Below, one piece after another: positions 1 to 13,234 of a stretch of DNA of 64,000 nucleotides. Position numbers and translations under genes: made by a program. Every line of letters begins with the position of its first letter. Position 1 is the first letter of the stretch. The notes below the pieces were generated by a model. That model searched no databases. It had not been told where the DNA came from and saw only the letters and a program-made list of their open reading frames with translations. This DNA comes from Leucoraja ocellata (taxonomy: Eukaryota), in contig JAWMAR010000135.1 in assembly GCA_036785375.1 (NCBI GenBank), positions 2,046,001 to 2,110,000 on the forward strand, read 5' to 3'.

Positions 1-23
1 ATGTTCCATTGTTTCTTTTACAG

Positions 24-275
24 GTCCAAAGCATTAAAGAAAAGAAACCTGGAACTCCTCCTCCCACTGTAACGACCGTGACTCCCAGTCCTCCCACTGT
101 AAACAAAGTTGTTGTCAGCACTCCGGCACCTGTAAACATTCCACGCTTCTACTTCCCTAAGGGACTTCCAAGTGTCAGCAATAACCATGAAGAGACCATT
201 GCCAAGGTTGAAGTTGCCTTTGCTGAGTTTGAGGATGAAAAGGGCGATATTTATGAAATGGGCAAAATCGCAAAG
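24..275 (+). CDS. PPP2R3A: PP2A regulatory subunit B'' alpha (PR130/PR72), internal coding exon 1 of 12 in window (VQSIKEKKPGTPPP...IYEMGKIAK)
   Basis: Polypyrimidine+cag acceptor at 21-23, gtaag donor at 276; 252 nt; NIPRFYFPKGLP and DIYEMGKIAK match vertebrate PPP2R3A; synteny with MSL2/PCCB favours 3A over 3B. Confidence 0.95.
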
Positions 276-804
276 GTAAGGAGTAACAAGCACATTTATT
301 TTGTTATCCGATGTACAGTTTTCCCCCTAGACTATACTGTTATTTGTTTGATTGCTTGACCACTCTTCGTGGGCATTGGTGGGATTTCTACAATGTGAAC
401 ACTGTCACTAACCTCAAAATGGAAATATTCAGGCACTTGGAAGTCAAGAGGCAAACTAGTGCAATTCATGATAATCTGAAATGGATACAGAAAGTTCTGC
501 AAATTCTTAACAAGTAGGCAGTGTCTGTGGAGAATTGTTTCATTAGTTAGTGTTACAGATTGATGAGCAGTTCTGGCTGACCTGCTGGGTCTTTACAGAA
601 TTTTCTGTGCTCGCTTGAGCTAAAATTTCAATTTGTCACCCAGTTGTCAATTTATGAAGTGTTCCTTCACAGGCCATCTGTTTATCTCACCTTCAAATGT
701 ACTTTCACAATCAGGTAGATCAATATATAGCATGCTCTGAGGAAAGATGATGAGATTATAGTGTCCATTGTTCCTTGGATACCCTTATCTCTCTGGCAGA
801 CCCA

Positions 805-1008
805 AATTCATTTCTCCAGTGACTGTGTGGGTTTGCTCCGGGTACTCTGGTTTCCTCCCACTCTCCAAAAACATGCAGGTTTGTAGGTTAATTGGTTTGG
901 GTAAAATAGCCCGAGCGTGTTAGTGTACAGGGCGATCACTGGTCGGCACGGACTGTGGTCGGTTGGCCGAAGGGCCTGTTTCTGCGCTGTATCTCTAAAG
1001 TCTAAATT
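805..1008 (+). mobile_element. 5'-truncated HE1-like V-SINE
   Basis: V-domain GTGGGTTT..TCCGGGT.CTC.GGTTTCCTCCCAC and CR1-type tail GGCCGAAGGGCCTGTTTCTGCGCTGTATCTCTAAA. Confidence 0.8.
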
Positions 1009-1264
1009 AGTCTCAAGGTTGGCATTGCACCATATTTGCACTGTTAGTTATTGACAAAGGAGTATAGTGTTGGTGTTGCACACGCGACTTGTGATTGACA
1101 TGCCCAGTAGTTTAATTCGTTGATCAACCTTGCTGCCTTCATGGACTGAGGTGACACCGAAGGCTGTGCGACGGGTGAAAAAACGAGGCAGCTTCGGGAG
1201 CAGGTGGTGTTCCTGCCGAGTTTCTAAAACCTGATAGACAAATGCTTCAGTCACAAGTTCACAA

Positions 1265-1860
1265 TCTTTTTTGCCATGTCCCGGAAGTGGAAGACATGCC
1301 AAGGGATATTTGAACCTGTAGTTATGGCCATCTTCAAGAATGAAGACAAATTCAAGTGCAACGACTACAGAGGGTCTACTTACTGCCTGCCTGCAATGAA
1401 CATCATCAGAATCTTTCTTGACCCTGTCTACTCTGTGACTGAAGAGCTGCTCCATAAATCGTTCTGTGGATTCCAACCATTTGGAAGCACAATATGTATG
1501 ATCTTCACTGCTTGACAACTCCAAGAGAAATATAGGGAACAGAGTCGCACTGGGCTTTTTTTGTCCTTGCAGAAGCCTTTAAACAATAAAATCCTGGGAG
1601 TGTCCTCCAATTTGCTGCTCACAGGAACTTATCCCAATTGTTTGTCCACTTGAGAATATTGCCAACCATAAACCTAATGACTGGTACCACAACAAACCCA
1701 ATCACCGTGTCAAACATGGGTACAAATATTGATCCAAATTGCTCACCACAAAGCTGCACCACAACTCCTAACATTCCACTGCAGAGGAGCTAATTTAAAG
1801 AATAAATAGGGAACTGTTTAATCTGTGTCACCTCCATAGCAGAACCAAAGTCAGCCTCTT
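1265..1860 (+). mobile_element. Old degenerate RTE-clade LINE reverse transcriptase fragment
   Basis: IFKNEDKFKCNDYRG...CGFQPFGSTICMIFTA*QLQEKYREQ resembles RTE RT (CxNYRG...QCGFR..RSTxDMIF.xRQLQEK.REQ); interrupted by stops. Confidence 0.65.
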
Positions 1861-1889
1861 CATTCATCACTGGGCCACCAAAGCACATG

Positions 1890-2135
1890 AGAGAAGGTGT
1901 AAGAACCACTTCAGTCAGAGGGTGCTGATTGTTGACTTCATTGCCACAGATGGCTGTGGAAGCCAAGTCGTTGGGTATTTTTAAGGCAAGAGATTGACAG
2001 ATACTTAATTGGTGTCATGGGTTATGGGGAGAAAGCAGGAGAATGGGGTTGAGAGGATAGATAGATCAGCCATGATTGAAAGGCGGAGTAGACTTGATGG
2101 TCCGTATGGCCCTCTTCTGCTCCAATGACTCGTGA
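1890..2135 (+). mobile_element. CR1/HER1-like LINE 3' end
   Basis: GGCTGTGGAAGCCAAGTC...GGGTTATGGGGAGAAAGCAGGAGAATGGGGTTGAG...GGCCTCTTCTGCTCC tail. Confidence 0.75.
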
Positions 2136-2544
2136 ACTGCAAAGTCCTTCTGTCAGTCTCTCCCCATTGAACAACACTGATCTCTAACATTGAAAGTCCA
2201 CAATAAGGTGAAGAAACTTGGGTTGCTTGCATGCTTTGGGAACCACCTCTCAACAAAGGCAGACGTTAATAAGGAAAATTACCACTGCCTTCAGGACTGT
2301 CCATTTGAGAAAAAGAGCATTTGGGGGTGAAGACCTTAACTCTGGCTAAAAAAAACTCCTCGTTGTTGGTCAATGATCCCTGCTCTCTACGCTTCTGAGA
2401 CTTAGACTGCCTACATCAGGCCTTGAATCCATGGAGTGATACCACTTCAAATGTTTGAAATCTATTGGTAGGACGTGCGAAACAATGTCGATATCCTCTC
2501 TCATCCCAATCTCTCCAGCATTAATGGTGCTTATTTTCAGGGGT

Positions 2545-2885
2545 GCTTGGAAGGAAATAGGCGCTGTCAGACAGACAGCCTCATAATCACAGCTGCTAGG
2601 GTTCAAGCCTGATTTTCATCGCTATCTGTGGAGATTTATACATTCTCCCTATGACTGTGAGTTTCCTCCTATTTGCCACTTCCCAAAGACATACAAGGTG
2701 CTTGGTTAATTGGCCTTTGTAAATTGACCCTGGTGTGTACGCATGTTATAGAACCTGGAAAGAGCTGATGGAAATGTGGAGAGACTAAAATAGGATTTGT
2801 GTCAGTCAAGTGCTCGGTGGTCCACGTGAACTCGGTAAATGTAAGGGCCTGTTTCCATGTAGTATGACGGTAATATCTCTCTAAT
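2545..2885 (+). mobile_element. Diverged HE1-like V-SINE
   Basis: GGGTTCAAGCC B-box-like motif, degenerate V-domain, GGGCCTGTTTCC tail. Confidence 0.6.
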
Positions 2886-2965
2886 ATCAGCTGAGTCCCA
2901 GCTGTGATATTCTTTATTTCCCCATAGGCCTTTATATAAAGCAAATTATATTTTTGTTTCTCCAG

Positions 2966-3069
2966 GCATGTGGTTGTCCTTTATACTGGAAAGCCCCTTT
3001 GTTCATTTCTGCTGGTGGAGAACGAACAGAATTTGTGTCGGTGCACTCATTCGTAGCCATGTGGAGAAG
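2966..3069 (+). CDS. PPP2R3A: PPP2R3A coding exon (ACGCPLYWKAPLFISAGGERTEFVSVHSFVAMWR)
   Basis: tttctccag acceptor, gtgaat donor; 104 nt; conserved CGCPLYWKAP motif. Confidence 0.95.
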
Positions 3070-3467
3070 GTGAATATTATTTCTGCTCTAAACTTAGTTG
3101 TTGCACTTGTCAGTAGCTGAAATGCACGGATACACAAGCCACACTTCAAATGGAAAATGCCTTTGTATTTACGTGGCACATTTCATGATCTCGCAGAACC
3201 CACAGTGTTTTACGATCAATAAATGCTTAACATGGTTCAACACAGTTAATTTAGAGACTTGGGTCCTGAACTTAAAGAAAAGAGACTTTGAAGGTATGAG
3301 AAGGGAATAGGCTAGGATAGACTGGCAAATTATACTGAAGGGGTTGATGGTGGAGATGCAATGGCGAAGATTTAAAGACCGCATGGATGAACAAGGTTTC
3401 ACACAAGAGATTAGTGTGCAAGATTCGAGCACATAGTATTGGGGGTAGGATATTGACATGGATAGAG

Positions 3468-4971
3468 GGTAGACAAAAGTGCTGGAGAAACTCAGTGGGT
3501 GAGGCAGCATCTATGGAGAGAAGGAATAGGCGACGTTTCAGGTCGAGAACCTTCTTCAGACTGATGCTGGGGGGGGCGGGAAAAAGAAAGGAAGAGGCAG
3601 AGACAGTAGGCTTGTGGGAGAATTGGGAAGGGGTGGGAAAGTTGGAAGAAAGCAAGTACTGCCTGAAATTTGAGAAGTCAATGTTCATACCGTATAAAGC
3701 TAATTATGAGGTGCTGTTCCTCCAATTTGCGCTGGGCCTCACTCTGGCAATGGAGGAGGCCCAGGACAGAATGGGAGGGGGAGTTGAAGTGCTGAGGCAC
3801 CGGGTTGGTTATTGTGAACTGAGCGGAGGTGTTGTGCAAAGCAATTGCCAAGCCTGCGCTTGGTGTCACCGATGTAGAGAAGTTGACACCTGGAACAGCG
3901 GATGCAGTACATAAGGTTGGAGGAGGTGCAGGTGAACCTCTGCCACACCTGGAAAGACTGCTTGGGTCCTTGGATGGAATCGAGGGGGGAGGCAAAGTGA
4001 CATGTGCAGCATTTCCTGTGTTTGGAAGGGGAAAGTACCCGGGGAGTGAGTGGTTTGGCTGGGAAGGGGCGAGTTGACCGGGGCGTTACGGAGGGAACGG
4101 TCTCGGTGGAAAGTAGAAAGGGGAGGAGATGGGAAGATGTGGCCAGTGGTGGGATCCCGTTGATGGCGAAAATGTTGAAGGATTATATGTTGTATGCGAC
4201 AGCTGAGAGGGTGGAAGGTGAGGACAAGGGGGACTCTGTCCTTGTTACGAGTGGGAGGATGGGGAGTGAGAGCGGAGCTGCGGGATATAGAGGAGACCCT
4301 GGTGAGAGCCTCATCTATAATAGAAGAGGGGAACCCCCCCGTTCCCTAAAGAATGAGGACATCTCCGATGCCCTGGTCTGGAACACCTCGCCCTGGGCGC
4401 AGATGCGGCGTGAACGGAGGAATTGGGAGGAGGGGATAGAGTCCTCACAGGAAGCAGGGTGGGAAGAAGTGTAATACAGATAGCCCTAGTAGTCAGTGGG
4501 TTTGTAGTAGATGTCGGTCAGTAGTCTGTTACCTGCAATGGAGATGGTGAGGTCTAGAAACGGTAAGGAGATGTCGGAAAAGGTTCAGGTGAATTTGAGT
4601 GCCGGATGGAAGTTAATGGTGAAATGGATGAAGTCAGTGAGTTCTGCATGGGTGCAGGAGGTAGCACCAATGCAGTCGTCAATGTAGCGGAGATAGAGTT
4701 CGGGGATAGGGCCACAGTGTGCCTCGAACAAGGATTGTTTGACTTAACCTACAAAGAGGCAGGCATAGCTGGGGCCCATGCGCGTGCCCATAGCTACACC
4801 TTGGATTTGGAGGAAATGGGAGGAGTCAAAGGAAAAGTTGTTGATGGTAAGGACCATCTCCGCTGGGCGGAGGAGAGTATCAGTAGACGGGGATTGGTTG
4901 GTTCTGCGGTTGAGAAAAAAACGGAGGGCTTTAAGACCTTCCTGATGGGGGGTGGAGGTGTAGAGTGACTG
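3468..4971 (-). mobile_element. 5'-truncated Penelope-like element (RT + GIY-YIG endonuclease + terminal repeat with hammerhead core)
   Basis: VQSLYTSTPH...QIQGVAMGTRMGPSYACLFVG (PLE RT); NLMYCIRCSRCQLLYIGDTKRRL (GIY-YIG); remnant Cys-rich linker suggests Neptune clade; 13-bp TSD gacatggatagag at 3455-3467 and 4972-4984. Confidence 0.92.
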
Positions 4972-5919
4972 GACATGGATAGAGAACTGGTTGGCAGACA
5001 GGAAGCAAAGAGTAGGAATTAATGGGTCTTTTTCAGAATGGCAGGCAGTGACTAGTGGGGTGCTGCAAGGCTCGGTGCTGAGACCCCAATTATTTACAAT
5101 ATATATTAACGATTTAGACAAGGGAATTAAATGTGACATCTCCAAGTGTGCGGATGAAACAAAGTTGGGTGGCAGTGTGGGCTGCGAGGAGAATGCTATG
5201 AGGCTGCAAGGTGACTTGCATAGGTTGGGTGAGTGGGCATATGCATGGCAGATTCAGTATAAAGTGGATAAATGTGAGGTTATCCACTTTGGTGGCAAGA
5301 ACAGGAAGGCAGATTATTATCTGAATGGTGTCAGATTAGGAAAAGGGGTGCAGTGAGACCTGGGAGTGCTTGTACATCAGTTGCTGAAAGTAAGCATGCA
5401 GGTACAGCAGGCAGTGAAGAAAGCTAATGGCATGTTGGCCTTCATTGCGAGAGGATTTGAGTTTAGAAGCAAGGAGGTTCTACTGCAGTTGTTCAGGGCC
5501 CTGGTGAGACCACACCCTGGAGTATTGTGTGCAATTTTGATCTCCTAATTTGAGGAAAGATATTATTGCTATTGAGGGAGTGCAGTGTAGGTTCACCATG
5601 TTATTTCCCGGGATGGTGGGACTGACATATGATGAAAGAATGGGTTGACTAGGCTTGTATTCACTGGAATTTAGAAGGATGAGAGGACACCTTTTAGAAA
5701 CATATAAAATTCTTAAAGGATTGGACAGGCTAGATGCAGGAAACATGTTCCCGATGTTGGGGAGTCCAGAACCAGGGGTCACAGTTTAAGAATAAGGGGT
5801 AGGCCATTTAGGACTGAGATGAGGATTTTTTTTTTTCACCCAGAGTTGTGAATCTATGGTATTCTCTGCCACAGCAGACAGTGGAGGCCAATTCATTGAA
5901 TGTTTTCACGAGAGACTTA

Positions 5920-6145
5920 TGCCCCTGTCCCACTTAGGAAACCTGAAAGGAAACCTCTGGAGACTTTGTGCCCCACCCAAGGTTTCCGTGCGGTTCCAGG
6001 AGGTTTTTGTCAGCCTCCCTACCTGCTTCCACTACCTGCAACCTCTGGCAACCACCTGCAACCTCCGGGAACCGCACAGAAACCTTGGGTGGGGCACAAA
6101 GTCTCCAGAGGTTTCCGTTCAGGTTTCCTAAGTGGGACAGGGGCA
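5920..6145. mobile_element. MITE, probably PIF/Harbinger-type
   Basis: ~85-bp near-perfect terminal inverted repeats starting tgcccctgtcccacttagg; flanked by TTA/TAA; inserted in CR1. Confidence 0.85.
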
Positions 6146-6184
6146 TAAGATTTGGCTTTTAGGGCTAAAGGAATCAAGGGATTT

Positions 6185-6780
6185 TCCCTTGCCTCTCCAG
6201 TCACTCCTCAACTAAAATGCTCCATCCTAGGTAATATCCTGGCAAATCGTCTCTGCGCCCTCTCCACACTATCAGATCTTTTCTGTAATATGGTGATTAG
6301 AAATTCATGCAGCACCACAGCTGAACTCTGAACAATGTTTTATAAAGTTATAACCTTTCTGCTCTTGTATTCAATGCCATAACTCGTGAAAGCCAGCATC
6401 CTATATGCCTTTTAAACATGTTACTTTTGCTGACACCTTCAATGAACTTGGACTTATACACCTGGGACTTTACCATTTATAGTATATGTCCCAACTTCAT
6501 TCGTACTCCTAAAATACTTCACCTGACCTTTATCAGGATGAAACACTGTCTGCCATTTCACCATTGCATCAGTGTCACCCAGTAGCCTAAGACTAACCTC
6601 CACTATCTCCAACTCCACTATCTTGGCGTCATCTGTGAATTTACTGATCTTGTCAGCTATTCGGGTCATTCATGTATATTACGAACATGATGGTCCCAGC
6701 ATCAACCTGTGGAACACCACTAATCACAGGAATCTAATCACCCTATACCCTCGCCCTCTGTCTCCTTTTGCCAAGTCAGT
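6185..6780 (-). mobile_element. Degenerate CR1 LINE fragment
   Basis: Minus-strand KISKFTDDAKI...KWQTVFHPDKGQVKYF resembles CR1 (FADDTKI...WQMxFNxDKCEVxHF). Confidence 0.7.
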
Positions 6781-7340
6781 TTGGCTCAGAAGATGCAAGG
6801 TTGAGAAGTGGGATAAAGATCATAGCAGTGCATAGTTCATTTTTTCAAGATTTGACTTTAAATTGCAGAATATTTTCCCTGAAAGTCATCAGTGGGGAAG
6901 TTATTTTTACGATAAGCATCATTACGATACACTATTTGATTTTACAAACAAACTTGAATTTACATAACATTATTATTACAGATAGTAGAAATAGTACAGT
7001 GTAAATCACTTGGATGTGACAAAAATGTACAAAGGAAAACGAAGGGATGTCTTCATTAGAACTCCAATTGTCACAACTATGAATTGATGTGATGGAACTA
7101 ATCAATTAGCGCTAGTCCACTGCTCTTTTGTTTTGGTCTACAGATTCTTTGTAGAATACAATAAATTGAAATGGAATGTTTCTTGTTGTTGAGCGATGCA
7201 GCATCAGGACAGAAATATATATATATAATATATTATAATTGAAAATATAGGATTTAGGCAAGGATATTTTGTTCATCATTGCACTTGGAGCAGGATCTTT
7301 ATTATCCTTGAATAATAACTGAAATGGTTGTATCTTTCAG

Positions 7341-7443
7341 AGTACTGCAGAGCTGTCACGATGATGCATCTAAGTTTATCTTTCTTCTTGCTAAGCCAGG
7401 CTGTAACTACCTAGAACAGGAAGACTTCATCCCACTACTACAG
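7341..7443 (+). CDS. PPP2R3A: PPP2R3A coding exon (VLQSCHDDASKFIFLLAKPGCNYLEQEDFIPLLQ)
   Basis: ctttcag acceptor, gtctgc donor; 103 nt; phase matches flanking exons. Confidence 0.95.
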
Positions 7444-9769
7444 GTCTGCACCTTCCATCTTTGGAATATTTAAAATGCAATACTCCATTTCACAAAGTCA
7501 AATCCTTAACTATTTTCTGAGATGGGTGAGCCGTTCCTTTAATTTGGTTTATTGAGTTTAGAAACAAGTACTTGGAATGGCAGCCTGCAGCCTGCAGAGT
7601 AAAACCAGAGTGAAACCACAGATCGGATTGTTAATTATGTGCAGCATGGGTGGAGTGGAAAGTTAGAAATAGTAGGTGTTTAACTTACTATGTTGGAATC
7701 GTTGCCATTCATTCTAGGGAAAGTTTCCTAATATATATACCGTGTAAGTGATATCAAAGGAACTGAGCCACATTAAAACTTAAGCAAGTGTATTTCAATA
7801 TAAACAAATGTAACCTCATCCATTTTAGTCTTAAAGCAACAGTGCAACTTTTTAATATTGAAAAAACAAACTAGTGTGGATATCCAGAGAAACATGGAAA
7901 TTAACTTGTACGAATCTTAGAATCATTATCGAAGACAATTGAAAAAGAACAATCAAACAACCTAACACTGCTAAAGTTTATATTTGGAGAGCCAAAATAC
8001 AAAGGATCATAATTATTGCAAAGTGCTAAGCCACTACGTCAGAAGTATTCTTTTCAGTTCTAGGTACTGTACTTTAGAAATATTTCATTAGTCTAGAAGG
8101 GAGCAAAATTTATTAGAATGCCATGGGTGTTCTTCACAAACAATGGTTGTATTCCCTGAATTTAGAAAATTACTGTGTGTCTGGAGATTACTGGTTGGGA
8201 AAATATAGCATTAATAGATGTAGTTAAAATGTTATAGAGCCAGCCTATCGGGACTGAAGTTAGGAAACACTTCAAAGCTTGGTCGTATTTTGAGACCCTT
8301 TAAATGGTCATTAATGCTAGATCAAATGTCGCTCCTCATCTTACCATTGCTGGATGAGACATTATGAAAGTTATTAAGAGGTTATGAAATTATATCACAG
8401 GTTCAGCCATGGTCTCATTGGATGTTAGAACAAGCTCAAATAAATGAATGCTCAACTACTATCTCCCCAGATTTGTTAGTGATGTGTTAATTATTCAAAT
8501 TCCACATAATGCATTAATTGTGAGTAAATAATTAGTGGATTTGGGCATTCTGAAATAACATCAGTTAACATTGGTAAACTCAGCTAACCGGCATTAATGA
8601 AGAGACAAACCATTCTGATTACGGGTCAATGACTTTCCACTATAAGTAATTCACATTAATACTCATCAATGTTAAACCTTAACATTGTTTTCTGCCTGAC
8701 CTCAGTATCTGGAAACAAATAATACATTAACTGTATCCCAAACATTTAAGTTGTTGGTACTATTGCAGAAAGATCTTCATATGTTATTGTGTTAAGTTTA
8801 TGGAATTATCAAAATTAAAACCTGAAGATACAATGTGGAAACAGGCCCATCACCCCACCTTGCCCACACTGACCAACCTATCCCATCTACACTAGCCCCA
8901 CCTGCGTTTGGCCCATATCCCGCTAAACCTATCCTATCCATGTACCTGTCTAAATGTTTAAATGATCTCATGATAGTTTTCTCTGTTTCGCATGTGAAAC
9001 TGTTTCGGGAAGAGATTCCACAGTATCTGCACTATTTATAGGAGCATTGAAGGGACCATCAAAGACTAGGCTCCATCTGGCTTGCCTTCAGTCTTCTGTT
9101 TGTTGCATGGTACAAAGTAATGATGTTATTGACTATTCATGGTAATCACACCATATCAATTAGTCTACAACATTGAGGAAAACGTCAGTAGTGGAAAATG
9201 TTAGGAATCTTGGGTTCAAATTCTGGGAATCATAGGTCCAAATTCTAATGCTCCAAACTGCTGGATAGACATAATTACTTTAGGGGCAGAGTTTTTTCGT
9301 ATTCTACTTCTGTTATTGTCTGGGGTAATATTTCATAAGAAAGGCACGGAAGTCATTTCTTCTCCTTATCTTCATAGTTTTCAGATCCATTCTGTTTAAC
9401 TTTTTCCTTTATGCAGCTTACAATACAAACTGTTTCTCTGTAAAACTTCTTGGATCATAATCGCCCACATAATTATACATGTATACAAATAAACCGTAGC
9501 TATCAACCAGCGTTGGCAAGTGAGGTTCAGAAAATAACTACTCCCTTCAGGCAGTCATGGTTCTCGGATAGTTGGATGTGGACCAGCCCTGTGAATTAGA
9601 AAACAGACACAACAAAACGCATAAACTTTAACACAGGAGTGAAAGTTCTTTGATGTATCTTTCTGTGTAAAATTAAAAGTTCTCTGCCCCCACACATATT
9701 AAATGCTCAATACAGAACCATAGTTAACCTTGTGACTGCTAACCACAATTGGGGATCTACAGAATACAC

Positions 9770-10430
9770 TTCCAAACTTTGAATAGTAAAACTAATTAGT
9801 TAAACGCAAGGCTGGCAGGATAAGAGAATCTTGGCTGATGAAGGATATTGAGGCTCTGGTCAGGATACAGAAGCTTTATGTCAGATGTAGACGTATATCA
9901 AGTATCAACTGGGATAAAGTGAATCTCTTGAGGAAGAGGGATGTGGGAATACACTTCAGAAGGAAATTAGGAAGGCAAAAAGGGGACATGAGATATCTTG
10001 GCAGATAAGGTAAAGGAGAATTCCAAGAAACTAAGTATGTTAAGGGTAACTAGGGAGTGAATAAACTTCCTTAAGGATCAGTATGGCCATCTATGTGTGG
10101 AACCACAGAAGATGAGCGAGGTCAAATAAATGAATATTTCTCATCAGTATTGATAGTGGAGAAGGTCAGGGAAGGTAGGGGACTCAGAAAAGAGAACAGT
10201 GATGTTCTGAAACATATTAACATTACAAAAGATGGGGTGCTGGCTGTGTGCGAGGGTCATGAAGGTGGGTAAATCCCTGAGGCGTGACCAAGTGCATCCT
10301 TGGACATTATGGGTAGCAGGGGAAGACATTGCAATGGCCTGGCAGAGATTTTTGTATCTTCCTCAGCCTTGAGTGATTAGCTACCAGAAGACAGGAAAAT
10401 GGCTAATGCTTACCTTTGCTTAAGAAGGGT
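9770..10430 (+). mobile_element. Degenerate CR1 LINE ORF2 fragment
   Basis: AAGAAGGAAATTAGGAAGGCAAAAAGGGGACATGAGATATC..TAAGGTAAAGGAGAATTCCAAG-type CR1 sequence with many indels. Confidence 0.65.
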
Positions 10431-12000
10431 TTGAATATGCTGCATGAATGTAGCATGAGATGAATGTCACACAATCACGCAGAACAACATTTTTGATCAA
10501 AAGTACTGGAGTAACTCAGCGGGTCAGGGAGCATCTCTGGGGAATATGAATAAGTGATGCTTCAGTTTGGGACCCTTCTTCAGACAACATCATGTGGAAT
10601 GACTCTCCTAATGTCTCTCCTGGGTTCTACTGCTCCTCCCCTCCAACAGGGAACCTCAGTATTAACATCACTGGGTCCTGCCACCCTTCCTCCTATAAGT
10701 TTTCATGCTGCTCTTAAAATTAGATTTTTATTTCTGAAATTCTCAACACTTGGTTACACAAATAAGAAGGGCTTCTACGCAATATAAAAATGTTGCAAGT
10801 TCTTGGCATCCCTTGGGCTGCCAGAGTATTATCTACTTTCCTAGGAATAATCCCACATTTCCAATCAGGGTCAGTTAATGTCCCAGTTATCACTCACTGG
10901 CTCCAATATTCATTACTGATCTAAGTAGAGGTCATTGTTCATTTGTACAGCAGATGGTGCTATTGTAGGAATCTAGATCTTCACAATGAAACTGTTACAT
11001 GTAAAATTATACCATCTATTGGCACAAATGCAAATTTTAGGCTCTACTATATACTACGGTAATGTCTTTTGAGAGTGGGAGGGTGCAACAAATCTATGGT
11101 TAAGTACAGCTAAGGAATGCACCAACATTTTAATTGTACTTATCCATAAGAAGATTCCACATATTTTTAATTACAGTTATTTTTAATTACAGAAGTTGGA
11201 AATTAGGCTATAATGCGATCATTTTCTGATCCAGTAGGAGAACCACTGGATTGGTAGCTAGAACAGGCTTTTGCACCAAACAACCCTCTTGTTCCTTGAT
11301 GTTTTGGGTGAGGCAAATTACAATAATATTGTGGATAACCAAGAGCATTTCCAATGCCTCTGGGCCATATAATCCATATTGAAGGATGGTGTTAAGAACA
11401 ATTCTTCCTGATAATTTATCGTAACTATATCTAATGGTACCATCACGCATCTCCAGTACCCAAGAAGCATTTGTGAATGAGTTGTGACCCATAATCCAAA
11501 AGAGTCTTAACTTATTTTTCATCACTTTAAAAAAAAAAAATCATGTTGATTTTTTAGTTATGAATCCTATTAAAGCATGCAGCATGTTTAAAGTTTGGCC
11601 CTGTGTTTGTTTCACTGGCTATTTAAATTAAAAACAGCTGCCAGAAGATCCTACAAGTAGCAGCACCCCTCCAAATAAGAGGTAAATGTGTACAAAAATA
11701 TGCCCACTCCCTTTCATACAAAGGAAAGCACAATAATGGGTGATAATTCTGATTTTTTAAAATAGCGCTCATTTTGATAGTTTGCATTTCATATACTGGA
11801 TATTTTGTCCGCTATGTGTAAGTTTTATAGTATTGCGAGGGTGCCATTTGTAGAGCTCGATATTCTCTGTATATTCTTGTTTGTTCTTAATTTATCCAGC
11901 AATAACTGTTTATGTGAATATCACCTCAGTTTGACAGAGATATGACAGAATAGCTTTTAAATTACTGCTGCATTGCATAGAAACCTGGACCAGTACTCCA

Positions 12001-12091
12001 GGTGGAGTCTGAAGAACTGTAACCTCACCTATTCCTTTTTCCAGAGATGCCGCCTGACCCACTGAGTTACTCCAGCGTTTTGTGTCTATCT
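12001..12091 (+). mobile_element. Solo PLE terminal-repeat fragment
   Basis: GTCTGAAGAA...CCAGAGATGCCGCCTGACCCACTGAGTTACTCCAGC; 11-bp TSD ccagtactcca (11990-12000, 12092-12102). Confidence 0.8.
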
Positions 12092-13022
12092 CCAGTACTC
12101 CACAATTTAACCAACTGGAATTTTTCTTTTTAAAGATGCAGTGACCAAAGAAATTACAACCAAATTATTGGGGGGAAAAAACTCATCTGGTTTAGAGATC
12201 CATTCGGGCACAACATTTTGTAGATTGGCCATTCTGTCACCCTAATCTGAATTGACCTGGTCTTGTGAGTCAGGATCGCGATTCCAAAACAAAATCAAGG
12301 TGTGTTAATTCCAAGACCTGAAAATGATTTACCAGGAAGCAGGTTAACAGGGTGAGCTATAAGTACTCTTCCACTCCCACTTTAGTGATATGGAGAGGAG
12401 GCCTGGGCCTAAGCTTCCGCCACCTCCCGCACGTTCCTCCCTTAACTCTGTATTCAGTACCACTTATGTGTAGTCTTAACATATGATTGTCAACCCCTTT
12501 CTAAATGAATTTGTCACTTACCTCACTCCTCATATTATTCAATATGCTAACAGATTTTATTTCTCCACTGTTCCACTGAAAAATGCTATCTGAGCACACA
12601 GGGTTGTGACGTTTGTTGATGCCCAACACAGCCCTCATGTGATGTTGAATCCTGTCAGACATGGGTGGGAAGCAAAGTCTCTGATCGTGTACAGTTACAT
12701 CCATCTGCTACCCATAACCAATCTGGCCGAAATGACACCAGACGCAATGACGTGGCAGATTTTCAATTGCCCTCTGAAATGACCAAGCAAGCCACTTAGT
12801 TCAAGGCCAATCATGGATATCGTCATCACATCCTGCAACAAATATATAATGCCAACCAACCACTTATAATGACAACCACTTTCTTGAACACCTAAAAAGT
12901 TGATACCACTGATAAGTTAAAGCTAATGTTTTACTCATTTATTATTATTTCTCGTATATCTCTCCAATTGGCCCTGATTAAGTTTACAACAGCATTGAAG
13001 AGATCCACGTGTTGAAAATTAG

Positions 13023-13060
13023 TGAGTCTGAAGAAGGGTCCCAACCCGAAACGTTACTTA
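13023..13060 (+). ncRNA. Minimal type I hammerhead ribozyme motif in solo PLE repeat (13021-13120)
   Basis: tgagt-CTGAAGA-A-GGGT(ccca)ACCC-GAAA-C-GTT-actta: stem I tgagt/actta, stem II GGGT/ACCC, intact core. Confidence 0.7.
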
Positions 13061-13234
13061 TCCATGTACTCCAGAGATGTTGCCTGACCTGCTGAGTTAC
13101 TTCAGCATTTTGTGTCTTCCTGCTCCTTATTTATTTTTAAATCGCCTTTCAACTTTAAATGGAGTCGCTATTTCTGAGAGCATTTGTGTCTATCTTTAGA
13201 CATTTGGCATTTTGCAGTGACAGCATCATAATAA

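Larger units (their letters stand above)
3270..6180 (+). mobile_element. CR1/HER1-like LINE (RT C-terminal part), interrupted by a PLE (3468-4971) and a MITE (5920-6145)
   Basis: KVSHKRLVCKIRAHSIGGRILTWIE / WLADRKQRVGINGSFSEWQAVTSGVLQGSVL.PQLFTIYINDLD...SKCADETKLGG = CR1 RT. Confidence 0.9.

Noticed and set aside
5856-6204. Near-identical ORFs on both strands
   Set aside because: Mirror translations of a palindromic MITE
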